Shown here piece by piece: positions 43,601-53,631 of a stretch of 64,000 nt of DNA. The notes under the pieces were generated by a model, which saw only the letters and a program-made list of their open reading frames with translations, ran no database searches and had not been told where the DNA came from. The stretch's first letter is position 1; every line of letters starts with the position of its first letter. The stretch comes from Bdellovibrionales bacterium. Lineage in GTDB: Bacteria > Bdellovibrionota > Bdellovibrionia > Bdellovibrionales > UBA1609. The DNA is taken from positions 2,016,001 to 2,080,000 of the forward strand of contig CBDCMT010000001.1 in assembly GCA_965219095.1 (NCBI GenBank), read 5' to 3'. The translations under genes and the position numbers were made by a program.

Positions 43601-44125
43601 ATTTACTATAACATTTATATTTACGAAGAGGGCTTAAAGTCTCTTTCTACTTTTGGAAACAATAACGAGACATTTATAACTAACTTTTTTATAGAAAAAA
43701 AGATATTTAACAATTTTGGCTGTCCTAACACTATTAAAATTGAAACAGCTCCCCATCTTTTACAAAAAGGTTGTGGTAGGCCTATTGTAAGGAGGTTTTT
43801 TGAGGCTCAAGAAGCTTATAAAAGAGCTTTCCAAAACGCAAGAGCACAAGACTTATCAAAGGCTACAATTGCACTTATGAGCTTTACTGAAGGTCTTAGT
43901 TTTTCAGATTTTTCAGAAATGATAGGGGGAGTGAAGAACTTTTATGCAAGCTCTTATGTTATAGGTTTCCGAGAGGGTGATGAAGGAAATTTTGAACCCA
44001 TTAGAGGTAACACTCTTGGTGAGGTTAAGTCCAGAAAACCACAAGGGCCTCTTATGCACACTCTTAGAAGACTTGATGTTTCCCATAGTGAATTTTACCT
44101 TTACTGGATGATGAGGCAATTATGA
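40607..44125 (+). CDS. Large exported hypothetical protein, 1172 aa
   Basis: Long uninterrupted ORF; basic N-terminus plus hydrophobic segment (signal or anchor); no family recognised with certainty. Confidence 0.85.
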   Translation: MNIENEKKRQKKNKTRKGSEFLSLKLNVKIFTIFLSFYSAFFLYSKPLFSQTLGLPLSEFYLHLSEDLVCDKETKNICEKFEFYKKEIAEHHNGLIDREKLQILARESREKIDFSLFNPQESKIWKNKKRDEVEKPLLSNDETVRYLSFVPIYIGLSGFLVETKAKKRYLIVFGRNAHNILLRKALLKRLGYKTPPYQHVKKMKVKFNSSNRWKLFTKNVQRKMKAINIDRWITNIDRRDMEKNNNKNDPLKSNWKLKEQSPENLLIFQDVLVTSEKNDFYDLAQGPPISKNRPLVKDRRVFRSLLIPYSLVDIPETLNKWQWNMGQEFNNKILFPSKFEEFFQTSYSDGKWIARKILKLKREDFEKIAKEGVFPRSVELLAVEKLISRRNSLCSIFFPQDKNCIKDVNIKVTDPEDPELLKEGILLKNTREGKYDDENSWWIGYGSRFSYGADESPLSQKEIFSFVKSQFFSNILSNFITEVNTDILPNSQDNLQEEARKQYIEDFTKQFNDDLNALERGERTKPPRDRLKSFKTWTKEMFGFRLNAGRDVIFGNYQGTDNQIQLVHSFGWAMDLGLFLGSHGGPRDLGVFGNLGLSYGENYIHITPTKSVEAANKMPYRNIFVNFTMEKISRGFENFRQENPELIHLDFFDLKKKSREEQKDLKEKGKKFIEKMSKTLEKNLKVGESFLMIRNIGPFSALNALLSLGHEMTLSTQIRKQIQELDRIHIFRKSQKEVQVYISNGHSSGWGFTVQFKKFIPIFTYRYNYVKSAKPFETNFFKLNMELNQEENPQITENLIVLEKLFSSPFYDEDNLFELSRLQSPVKISHNFEESTQSIDFLWMNHVKLQQFDKIKVEEKAGEENFEKDYFIVSSGKRSGDNYQKLSLNIANYIIQDLRDGKDDIILNFNNTSRPSETIFGKSTSREITLEGVLKPKAIEEPFLKLTYTWKGWSSSKQKAEKIFKEINDFQSSLRRKTNLEALPIERFNMTKELQLYSIYYNIYIYEEGLKSLSTFGNNNETFITNFFIEKKIFNNFGCPNTIKIETAPHLLQKGCGRPIVRRFFEAQEAYKRAFQNARAQDLSKATIALMSFTEGLSFSDFSEMIGGVKNFYASSYVIGFREGDEGNFEPIRGNTLGEVKSRKPQGPLMHTLRRLDVSHSEFYLYWMMRQL

Positions 44126-44186
44126 AAAAGCAATGTAAAATGATGAAGACAATTGTAATAAATATAATGATAAGGTTAGATTAGGC

Positions 44187-47100
44187 ATGATATTAAAACG
44201 ACTTTTTTTCTTCATTTTTCTTATCTTAACTTTAGTTTTTAAACTTCAAGGTGATGTGATAACTCCCTCGAATGATAAAATGCCTCTTAATGATCCTTAC
44301 TCTGCTTACCAATGGGGACTGTTTCCTCATGGACAGGTGATCAGCGAAAATCTTACAGACATTATTCTTAAACCTAAGACAGTGGAGCCTTATGCTGGTA
44401 TTGGCTGGCGTATAGGAGAAAAACTCCCTCAAATGAAAAAAGATGTGATTGTGGCTGTTATTGATTCAGGAGTGGATGTAGAGCATGAAGATCTTAAAGG
44501 CTTAATAGCCCTTAACACCAAAGAGTGTAGCGAAGAGAACAAGGCTCCCTCTTGGGATATGGATTCTTTGCCTGAAGATAAAGACGGGAACGGTTATCAA
44601 GGAGACTGCTGGGGATGGAACTTTACAGAAAATAACAATATCGTAAAAGATAGAAAAGGCCACGGAACTCACGTAGCAGGGATTGTTTCAGCTGTTACAA
44701 ATAATAATATTGGCATTTCAGGGCTTTCTAACAGAATTAAAATTTTACCTATAAAAGTTTTTAGAGCCTTAGAAGAAAACCAATACTACAAGATTTTAAA
44801 AACCCAAGGGAAAAAAAACTTAGAAGAAGAGGAATTAGGAGAAAAAGGTATTCAGAATAAGAGCCCCATATCAAAGGCTATTGATTATGCTATTTTAAGA
44901 AAAGCCGATGTCATTCAAATGAGTTTTGGCTACCCTTTAGTCTTTGATGTTCCTGATATTAGAGCATCCATTCAAAAAGCTTTAGAGAAAAACATTACAG
45001 TTGTTGTAGCCTCCGGAAACAATGGCCACAATGCTTTTATTCTCCCCTGTGCTATCTCTAGTGTCTTATGTGTAGGAGCTTCTAACGGACTAGGAGAGTT
45101 GTCTCGATTTTCTAACTACGGAGGCCATGTTGATTTACTTGCCCCAGGAGTTCAAATCTTTAGTCTTTTTTCAAAAGACGTAAATCGAAGACAGTTTTTT
45201 AACTACTTTGCTAGTCAAAATTATGGTATTTTTAATGGCACAAGCCAAGCAAGTCCTTTTGTTTCCTCTAGTGTTGCTTTTTTAAAGGGGGTTTTTCCTA
45301 GCATTTCAAATGATGAGATTAAAGCAAGACTTTACTTAAGTGCAAAATCTTCTCACAATAAAAAGAAAGATTACACAATTCAAGGTCTCTTTAACCTATC
45401 AAAAGCTCTTTTTACTAAACCACAAGCTGTTTTACGGCCTAATTTTAAAGTCCAAAGATTAACTGAACTTATAGAGAATAAAGCAGAAATTCACTTTCAA
45501 GTAAAAAACTACTGGAAGGAAACAAAAAACTTAGTTCAAGTTAAAGTTCATTTAAAAGACCCCTTTGAAATGTCTTGGGAGTTTGATTTTAAGGGTTTTT
45601 CTCAGGGAAAAATAGAAGATATAAAATTTCAAATTCCCATAGAAAATGAAAATCTTCATAGCCAACTTAGGTTTTTTGTAGAGATTCATGAGGGAAGTCG
45701 TTCTATAGGTTCTTTCTTTCACGAAGTTGACATTTATAAAAGCTTTAAAACTTTTCAAGATAAATCTTTTGTAAAAGTAAATCTTCCTTATCGAGATGAA
45801 GAGGATGAAGATTTCTCAGAATTTCTTTCCTATCTCTTTGAAAAAAAAGGAGCACTCAAACGAGTTTATGAACCTTATAAAGCCTCACCTTTTCCTACTT
45901 ACTACACAACTTATAACACAAAAGAAGGTTTAAAGGTTTTTATCTGGTCTTTTAAAACTCCTACAAAACTAGAAAAGAAAGAAATTTTTATCCCTAACCT
46001 TGTTGATGACAGAATTTCTTTTGCACCTCAATTCATAAAAGCTGATTTTAATTTTGATGGAAAAAAAGACTATCTTATAAAAGGTGCAACAAAAGATTCT
46101 CGAAAAGAAGGAGGAGAAAAAAATAAACAATACATACAATACTCTTTTTTCGATCATAACCTCAACCCTCTCTTTAAAGGAATCTCCTCTCACTGGAGAA
46201 GAAAATTTGATAATATTTCTCTTTTTGCCAATCCCAATAGGGATTTTATTGTTAACCTTTATAACTCTGAAATGCGTTTTTTTCCTATAGAATCAGATGA
46301 CCCAAGAATAGGCATTTTTAACTCTCCCCTAATCTTAACATCCATGAAGTCTCCCAAATTTGATACTCTACTTCACCCTGATGACTCTCACTTAAATTAT
46401 ATAAAGAACTCTCTTTTCTACCTAAATCCTGTGATTAGAAACGATAAAAAAGGAAATGAAGTGGTTTTTCTTGAAGAGCGAATCATGAATTCCTATAAAT
46501 TTAAAGAAAATTTAAGAAACAAGATCGAAAAATATCAAGAAAAAGAAAAAGATGAATATTTCGATGTGACAAATCCTTTTACAGCTATAGAATTCCTAAC
46601 TCTCTTTCCTCAAAAAACAAACACAGAATTAAAAGCTTTATTAGCTGTGGGAAAAGGGCAAAATAAAATATATTATGGAGTGTCCTTCAAAGAAAATATA
46701 GAAAATTATACTTTAGAAAAACTAGATTATAAGAATTATGAGCTCCAGGGAAATAAGATAGAGCCTCTTATTTCTATCTCTCAAAACAAAGTTCAGCCCT
46801 CTGAAGGTTTGGTTTTTGTTAAATCTTTTAATTTAAAAAGAATTCTTCGTGAGCCGCGTGTTTTAATTACAGATCCTGAAGATATAACTAAATACTATCC
46901 TCCTTTTTATCCTTCTTTTGAAAAAGAAGATGAAAAGCTTAATGACTTTTTAAAAAGCTATAAAACAGAAACGAAGTTAGTGTCTTTTTATGTCACGTCA
47001 AAGTCAAATATCGCTATACAGTCTATCTCTCTTAATACGAAAAAGGAGAAAATGATTTCAAAAAAGATCATTTATTCGGACTTCTTTCCTGGAATGAAGA

Positions 47101-47378
47101 TTTCAGAAAATTATCAAACCACACTTATTCTTGACAAAAAGAAGCTCAGGCCTGCCGTTTATATAGATGCCTCACTTATCTATGCTAAAAAAGTTTATTT
47201 CTTAGTTTTTGATGAAGAGCAAAATAAAATCATCCAACCTATAAAATATAGTCTAAAAATTCCTGAGAACTGTTTTTCTCTAGGAGTCACTTCTTACGGG
47301 AAAGAGGATGACTTCAAAGCAAATTTCTTTTGTAAAGAGGAGAAAGAGTGGAATCTTTACTTTGCAACCTTTGATTGA
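44187..47378 (+). CDS. Secreted S8 (subtilisin-like) serine protease with a long C-terminal extension
   Basis: Signal peptide; VAVIDSG, HGTHVAG, ASGN, GTSQASP; DFNFDGKKD Ca-binding-like motif in the extension. Confidence 0.95.
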   Translation: MILKRLFFFIFLILTLVFKLQGDVITPSNDKMPLNDPYSAYQWGLFPHGQVISENLTDIILKPKTVEPYAGIGWRIGEKLPQMKKDVIVAVIDSGVDVEHEDLKGLIALNTKECSEENKAPSWDMDSLPEDKDGNGYQGDCWGWNFTENNNIVKDRKGHGTHVAGIVSAVTNNNIGISGLSNRIKILPIKVFRALEENQYYKILKTQGKKNLEEEELGEKGIQNKSPISKAIDYAILRKADVIQMSFGYPLVFDVPDIRASIQKALEKNITVVVASGNNGHNAFILPCAISSVLCVGASNGLGELSRFSNYGGHVDLLAPGVQIFSLFSKDVNRRQFFNYFASQNYGIFNGTSQASPFVSSSVAFLKGVFPSISNDEIKARLYLSAKSSHNKKKDYTIQGLFNLSKALFTKPQAVLRPNFKVQRLTELIENKAEIHFQVKNYWKETKNLVQVKVHLKDPFEMSWEFDFKGFSQGKIEDIKFQIPIENENLHSQLRFFVEIHEGSRSIGSFFHEVDIYKSFKTFQDKSFVKVNLPYRDEEDEDFSEFLSYLFEKKGALKRVYEPYKASPFPTYYTTYNTKEGLKVFIWSFKTPTKLEKKEIFIPNLVDDRISFAPQFIKADFNFDGKKDYLIKGATKDSRKEGGEKNKQYIQYSFFDHNLNPLFKGISSHWRRKFDNISLFANPNRDFIVNLYNSEMRFFPIESDDPRIGIFNSPLILTSMKSPKFDTLLHPDDSHLNYIKNSLFYLNPVIRNDKKGNEVVFLEERIMNSYKFKENLRNKIEKYQEKEKDEYFDVTNPFTAIEFLTLFPQKTNTELKALLAVGKGQNKIYYGVSFKENIENYTLEKLDYKNYELQGNKIEPLISISQNKVQPSEGLVFVKSFNLKRILREPRVLITDPEDITKYYPPFYPSFEKEDEKLNDFLKSYKTETKLVSFYVTSKSNIAIQSISLNTKKEKMISKKIIYSDFFPGMKISENYQTTLILDKKKLRPAVYIDASLIYAKKVYFLVFDEEQNKIIQPIKYSLKIPENCFSLGVTSYGKEDDFKANFFCKEEKEWNLYFATFD

Positions 47379-47540
47379 TCTTGTAATTACTGATCTCATA
47401 TTAAAAGGGTCTTATGGCATAATTCAGAATTTTTCGTAAGACTTTCTCTTTAGTAAACTATAAGGCTAATTCCTTTCTTTAAATGTCAATTCATTTCTAT
47501 TTTTATAATCCTTGTTATTTTTACAATTCTTTTTAAAAAA

Positions 47541-49061
47541 GCCTCCTCAAAAGAATCTGTGGGTTCCCGGAGGTTCTGGCAGTTTTCCAAGGTTATGATA
47601 TAAGGCGATTTTTATAGCTTTAGAGGTTCTAAAGCCGTAAGATTTTCTCATAGTGAGTTTTACTTTGTTGTTTAAACCCTCTACAATCCCTGAGGAGAAG
47701 GCTTTTTTAGCCTTGAAGCAATTAAGAATAAGTAGCTTATGTCTTCGTATGGTTTTTGCTTCTCTTTTCATAGGTTCAATTTTTGAAAGCATGACTCGTC
47801 TCGTCCAACTGTCTATAAATTTACCAGCCCAAGTTGGTGAAACATAGGTCCATAACTGTCGGAAGTCTTCTTTTAAAAAATAACAGCGGATACTTTTTAA
47901 ATTGTACTGTATTAAATGCCTTAATTTTACTTTTTCATAAGATTTTAAATTTTCTGCATTTTTTAACAAGGGCCATCTAGCTTTTGTTAAAAGGGGTTCA
48001 TACCCGTCTTCTTTCATTTTTTTGTGTTCTGAAGCTCTCACTTCGTCTAAAGCCTTATTGAGTCTTGCTACGATATGAAACCGATCTAATATATTCAAAG
48101 CTTGACTTGCCCTTTCCTTTATTACTTTTAAATAGGGCTTCCACATATCAGAACACACAAACTGTATATCTTTTGACTTCTCTCCTAGTAAATCAAAAAA
48201 CTTGTTGAAACTCTTTTCTGTTCTTTTTTCTCCTATCCATAGCAAACGAACACTTTCTTTGCTTATTTCATAGACTAAGGTGAGATACTGATGGTTCTTT
48301 TTCCATTGTATTTCATCTACACCTATAGCTTGTATTCCCTTTAAAACCCTTTGTTTTAAACCATATTCTACGACCCATTCTACCGAAGCATAGACCTGAT
48401 TCCAACTGACATGAAACTTACAAGAAACCTCTTTCCAAGACAGGTGACGACACCAGTCAGCTAAGTACTTCATGTAAAAAATTGTTAGGTTTTTCTTCCC
48501 ATCTGCCCAAGGTAAATACTCAACTTTTACTCCACAGCAAGAACAATTAACTCTTCTTACAAAATAAACAAAAAACACCCTGTAACTTAAAATAGGAAGG
48601 GATTCAAAGTCCCGTGATGATTTACTGCTGTCATACACTGAACAGGGCTTCTTACAAACACTACAAAAAGCTTGGCCATTTTTACGAGCCTTAATAGGAA
48701 CATTAATTGACTTTCTATCTTTTGAAAAATAAATGTCTTCGTACACAAAAGACTTCCATCTTAAACAATCATTTAGTATAGTCTTCAAAAGCATCTCTTC
48801 CCTCCTTTTTTTTTTTTTTGAATAACATTTTAAGGCATCTGGGAAGTAGGTGCTTCTTTTTTAAAATTTTAATGTAATACAGCAAATAAAAGCAAATAAA
48901 ATGAATGTTTTTGAGTTCAATCACCGGAGGTGATAGAGGCCAGTAAGGGCCTCAAAGAACTCAAAAATACAAGATAGAATGTCTTACTCTTACTTTGATT
49001 AATATGAGCTCTTTTGGGGGATTTCTAGCTACTTTTCACCCACAGATTCCCGGGAGGAGCC
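47541..49061 (-). mobile_element. ISL3 copy 3 (transposase 47547-48794)
   Basis: Near-identical to the other copies; no target duplication. Confidence 0.96.
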
Positions 49062-49533
49062 AAAATTTGAAACAAATCTTGTGAAGTTTTAAGCTTATCA
49101 ATGAATACAGCTTGACCAACTTAACTGTCTTTCTTTTACTTGCAGGATTTTGTATCCGAAATAAAACAATATCTTTAAAAAGCTCGTTACATTCTTTTTA
49201 CCTCCGATCTGTTTTTACAGAGTAGTGGAAAACGCTGAAGTCGGACTCATTCTTAAAAAGAAGTTCTCTGCTCTCCTTTTTAAAAGATAAAAATTACATC
49301 ACTATAAAAAATTTATACAGTTTTTATAGTTTTAAAAAAAATAGTTTGTGTTTTTAACTTCTTTATGATAGACTCATTTTAATGATTATGAAAACAAAAA
49401 CAAGGCCAGACTGGAAGTCTATAACGTTTAAAGAAGTAGGTGACAATTTTTGTCATCTTTTGAATTTTTTTTACAGTCTTAGAGGCTCAGCTTTAAATAA
49501 TAAGGAGTTAAGCTTGGAATAGTTTTTGCTATA

Positions 49534-50669
49534 TAGTGCTTCCGTTTAGTTTTTCAGTTTCCTAAGATAGAGAAGTTATCAGTTATCAAAGTTTCTAATT
49601 TAGCTCTGTGTTTTCGTATTCCTCTAAAAAATTGACTTAAACTTCCCTTGAAATCGTCATAATTTTCATAATAGCGATTTGCTGTGACCTCTTTTTTCAT
49701 AAACTTCCAAAGCCTTTCTATAGGATTTAAATTCGGTGAATACGGAGGAAGATAAACAAGTTTTATATTCAACTCTTTCGCTAACTTCTTGACAGACTTC
49801 GATCTATTGTATCCGGCCCCATCTAAGATAAGATGAATCTCTTTTTCATCGGGATGCTTCTTAATGAATATGATGGAGCATATCACATATGGAAACATGG
49901 TTAACTGTCTTATAACTCCTGACTACCGTCTTCAAACTATTGATCTCAATAGCTCCACAAACATTCACTCTTTTTCTCCAGCCTGAATTGGTCTTCACTT
50001 CAAACTTCTTACCCTCTCTTATCCAACCATATGAAATCGTAGGGCCCACTCAGGATGTGTGGAATCAGCAAAGTAAACAGGACCCTCTTTCTTCTTAATT
50101 CTCTTGTATTTACGCACAAACTTTTTCTGCTCTTCTCTCTTTGCCTTACCCGGTATCGCTGTGGCTTTTTTATAAGAAAAACCAAGGCGATGGAGAAGAT
50201 CAATTACACCACTTGTTGAGTACGTAACACCAAAATTCTCCTCAATGAACTGAATAACGGTCTGTGATGATGGAAAAATTCTTTTCTCTAATTCCTTTAA
50301 AAGCATTTTCTCCTCTTTCTTAGTTAAAAAGGACCTTTTAGGGTTGTAATTGTCGTTGATTAAGCACTCTATCCTGCTTTGTTATAACGATCTCTACAGG
50401 CTCTTATCGTGCCCTCATCAATGAAAAGAAAGCAGGCAATATCTTTACACAACTTACCTTTATCTAAATGGAGAATTGTCATAATCCTTTTTGCGTATTT
50501 AAGATTTTTCTCTAGAGATAGTTCATAGAGTAAATCTTTTCGCTCTTTTTTTGATAGAAACCCTGACATATGAAACTATTTTTAAAAATAAATGACTTTT
50601 TATCAAGGCCTTAGAATAAAAACTAGACCTCAACTCAAAAAAAAACGGAAAACCTAAGCGGAAGCACTA
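49534..50669 (-). mobile_element. IS630-family element, frameshifted, in the upstream region of ankyrin copy 2
   Basis: IR TAGTGCTTCCG, TA duplication relative to the empty site at about 37012-37020; FADSTH, ILDGAGY, LPPYSPNLNPIE in four ORF pieces. Confidence 0.92.
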
Positions 50670-50787
50670 TATATAATTAGAAAGGTTAAAGTTCCTTACC
50701 TAAATATAAGAAAATAGGACTTAAAAACAAAAAAATGAAAGATAGCTATTTGAAATAAATATCTTTCACAAACAAAAGGAGGATGTT

Positions 50788-53208
50788 ATGAAACCAAATA
50801 ACAATAATATAAGGAAGGCTTTAATAGCTTTATTTGCTATGGGAGCTTTAATAAATTTGGCTCCTCCCGGGAATCTGTGGGTGAAAAGTAGTAGAAATCC
50901 CCCAAAAAGGCTCATATTAATCAAAGTAAGAGTAAGACATTCTATCTTGTATTTTTGAGTTCTTTGAGGCCCTTACTGGCCTCTATCACCTCCGGTGATT
51001 GAACTCAAAAACATTCTTTTATTTGCTGTATTACATTAAAATTTTAAAAAAGAAGCACCTACTTCCCAGATGCCTTAAAATGTTATTCAAAAAAAAAAAA
51101 AAAGGAGGGAAGAGATGCTTTTGAAGACTATACTAAATGATTGTTTAAGATGGAAGTCTTTTGTATACGGAGACATTTATTTTTCAAAAGATAGAAAGTC
51201 AATTAATGTTCCTATTAAGGCTCGTAAAAATGGCCAAGCTTTTTGTAGTGTTTGTAAGAAGCCCTGTTCAGTGTATGACAGCAGTAAATCATCACGGGAC
51301 TTTGAATCCCTTCCTATTTTAAGTTACAGGGTGTTTTTTGTTTATTTTGTAAGAAGAGTTAATTGTTCTTGCTGTGGAGTAAAAGTTGAGTATTTACCTT
51401 GGGCAGATGGGAAGAAAAACCTAACAATTTTTTACATGAAGTACTTAGCTGACTGGTGTCGTCACCTGTCTTGGAAAGAGGTTTCTTGTAAGTTTCAGGT
51501 CAGTTGGAATCAGGTCTATGCTTCAGTGGAGTGGGTTGTAGAGTATGGTTTAAAACAGAGGGTTTTAAAGGGAATACAAGCTATAGGTGTAGATGAAATA
51601 CAATGGAAAAAGAACCATCAGTATCTCACCTTAGTCTATGAAATAAGCAAAGAAAGTGTTCGTTTGCTATGGATAGGAGAAAAAAGAACAGAGGAGAGTT
51701 TCAACAAGTTTTTTGATTTACTAGGAGAGAAGTCAAAAGATATACAGTTTGTGTGTTCTGATATGTGGAAGCCCTATTTAAAAGTAATAAAGGAAAGGGC
51801 AAGTCAAGCTTTGAATATATTAGATCGGTTTCATATCGTAGCAAGACTCAATAAGGCTTTAGACGAAGTGAGAGCTTCAGAACACAAAAAAATGAAAGAA
51901 GATGGGTATGAACCCCTTTTAACAAAAGCTAGATGGCCCTTGTTAAAAAATGCAGAAAATTTAAAATCTTATGAAAAAGTAAAATTAAGGCATTTAATAC
52001 AGTACAATTTAAAAAGTATCCGCTGTTATTTTTTAAAAGAAGACTTCCGACAGTTATGGACCTATGTTTCACCAACTTGGGCTGGTAAATTTATAGACAG
52101 TTGGACGAGACGAGTCATGCTTTCAAAAATTGAACCTATGAAAAGAGAAGCAAAAACCATACGAAGACATAAGCTACTTATTCTTAATTACTTCAAGGCT
52201 AAAAAAGCCTTCTCCTCAGGGATTGTAGAGGGTTTAAACAACAAAGTAAAACTCACTATGAGAAAATCTTACGGCTTTAGAACCTCTAAAGCTATAAAAA
52301 TCGCCTTATATCATAACCTTGGAAAACTGCCAGAACCTCCGGGAACCCACAGATTCTTTTGAGGAGGCATAAATTTAAGCTTTCCTGCTTTTTCTGAAGA
52401 TCTGGATCCTGAATATGTGGATTGCTCTAAATACTTTAAAAAAGAGTTAAGAGAAGTTATTTCCGAAGGAAGAATTAATCTTTTTAGAAAAATATTAGAA
52501 CAGTGTCAAGCTGAAATACCTGTGAATTATAGGATTGGTGATAAAAATGAAACTATGTTGGAATATGCCCTTGAATTTGAGCAAGAAAAAATGGCAGTAC
52601 TTCTTTTGTCATACAAAGCCAATGCGAATAATAAATCACTACAAAATGCACTTACGAAAGCAATAGAAAGTGGGGATTTAAGTTTTGCAAGATTTCTTAA
52701 TAAAAATGGTGCTGATTTAGAAAGTGTACTTATAGATGCAGTAAAGAAAGGAGATTTAAATCTTGTAAAGTCTCTTCTCGAATTTCCAGTAAGAAATGTA
52801 AATGCTAAAGATGATGACGGAATGACAGCATTTATGTATGCAGCATTTTACGGAGAACTCGATATTGTAGAGCTTCTTTCTAAAGTTAAAGGTTTAGATG
52901 TAAATGCTAAAAATGAGTACGAAAAGACAGCATTTATGTATGCAGCACGTTACGGAAATCTCGATAGTGTAAGATTTCTTTCTAAAGTTAAAGGTTTAGA
53001 TGTAAATGCTAAAGATTATGACGGAAAGACAGCATTTATGTATGCAGCAAGTTACGGACATCTCGATATTGTAAGGGTTCTTTCTAAAGTTAAAGGTTTA
53101 GATGTAAATGCTAAAGATAATAGAGGAATGACAGCATTTACGTATGCAGCAAGAGCAGGATATTCAGATGTAGTAGATTTTCTCAAAGAACTGGTATTGA
53201 AAAAGTAA
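50788..53208 (+). pseudogene. Secreted ankyrin-repeat protein, copy 2, interrupted in its signal peptide by ISL3
   Basis: MKPNNNNIRKALIALFAMGALIN|LSFPAFSED.. rejoins in frame with ORF 52417-53208; four C-terminal repeats. Confidence 0.92.
50859..52368 (+). mobile_element. ISL3 copy 4 (transposase 51115-52362)
   Basis: Perfect 8-bp target duplication ATAAATTT. Confidence 0.97.
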
Positions 53209-53631
53209 AGTCAGAAAACTGTATTATGAGCCTGTAAATTAAATTGTGTAACTGATTCTCACTTTAAATATCACTTCCTTGACAAACAGCCATGTATCCT
53301 TTTGAAGGTTGTTTTTTTATAAACCTAGTACAGCATAACATAGTTATGTGGGTCGGTTATTATTTTCCCTACCATTTTCTTGAGGAGTTTGTTCGTGATT
53401 AACTATCCAAAACTGTGAAAAAGTGTGTGCATTTGGCCTGAAACAAGGAAGTGTTAGTTATTGTTTTTATTCTCTTTTTAGTGTTTTCAAGAGGTTATAC
53501 AAAATAACCCCTCCCTTCAACTTGATCTGACACGTCTCGAAATGTCAAAGAGATGAAAAGAGGTTACCCTTTTAAATAAACAATACCATCCCGTTTGGCA
53601 ATAGGTTTTTCTAAATGCATTTACAGCTTTC

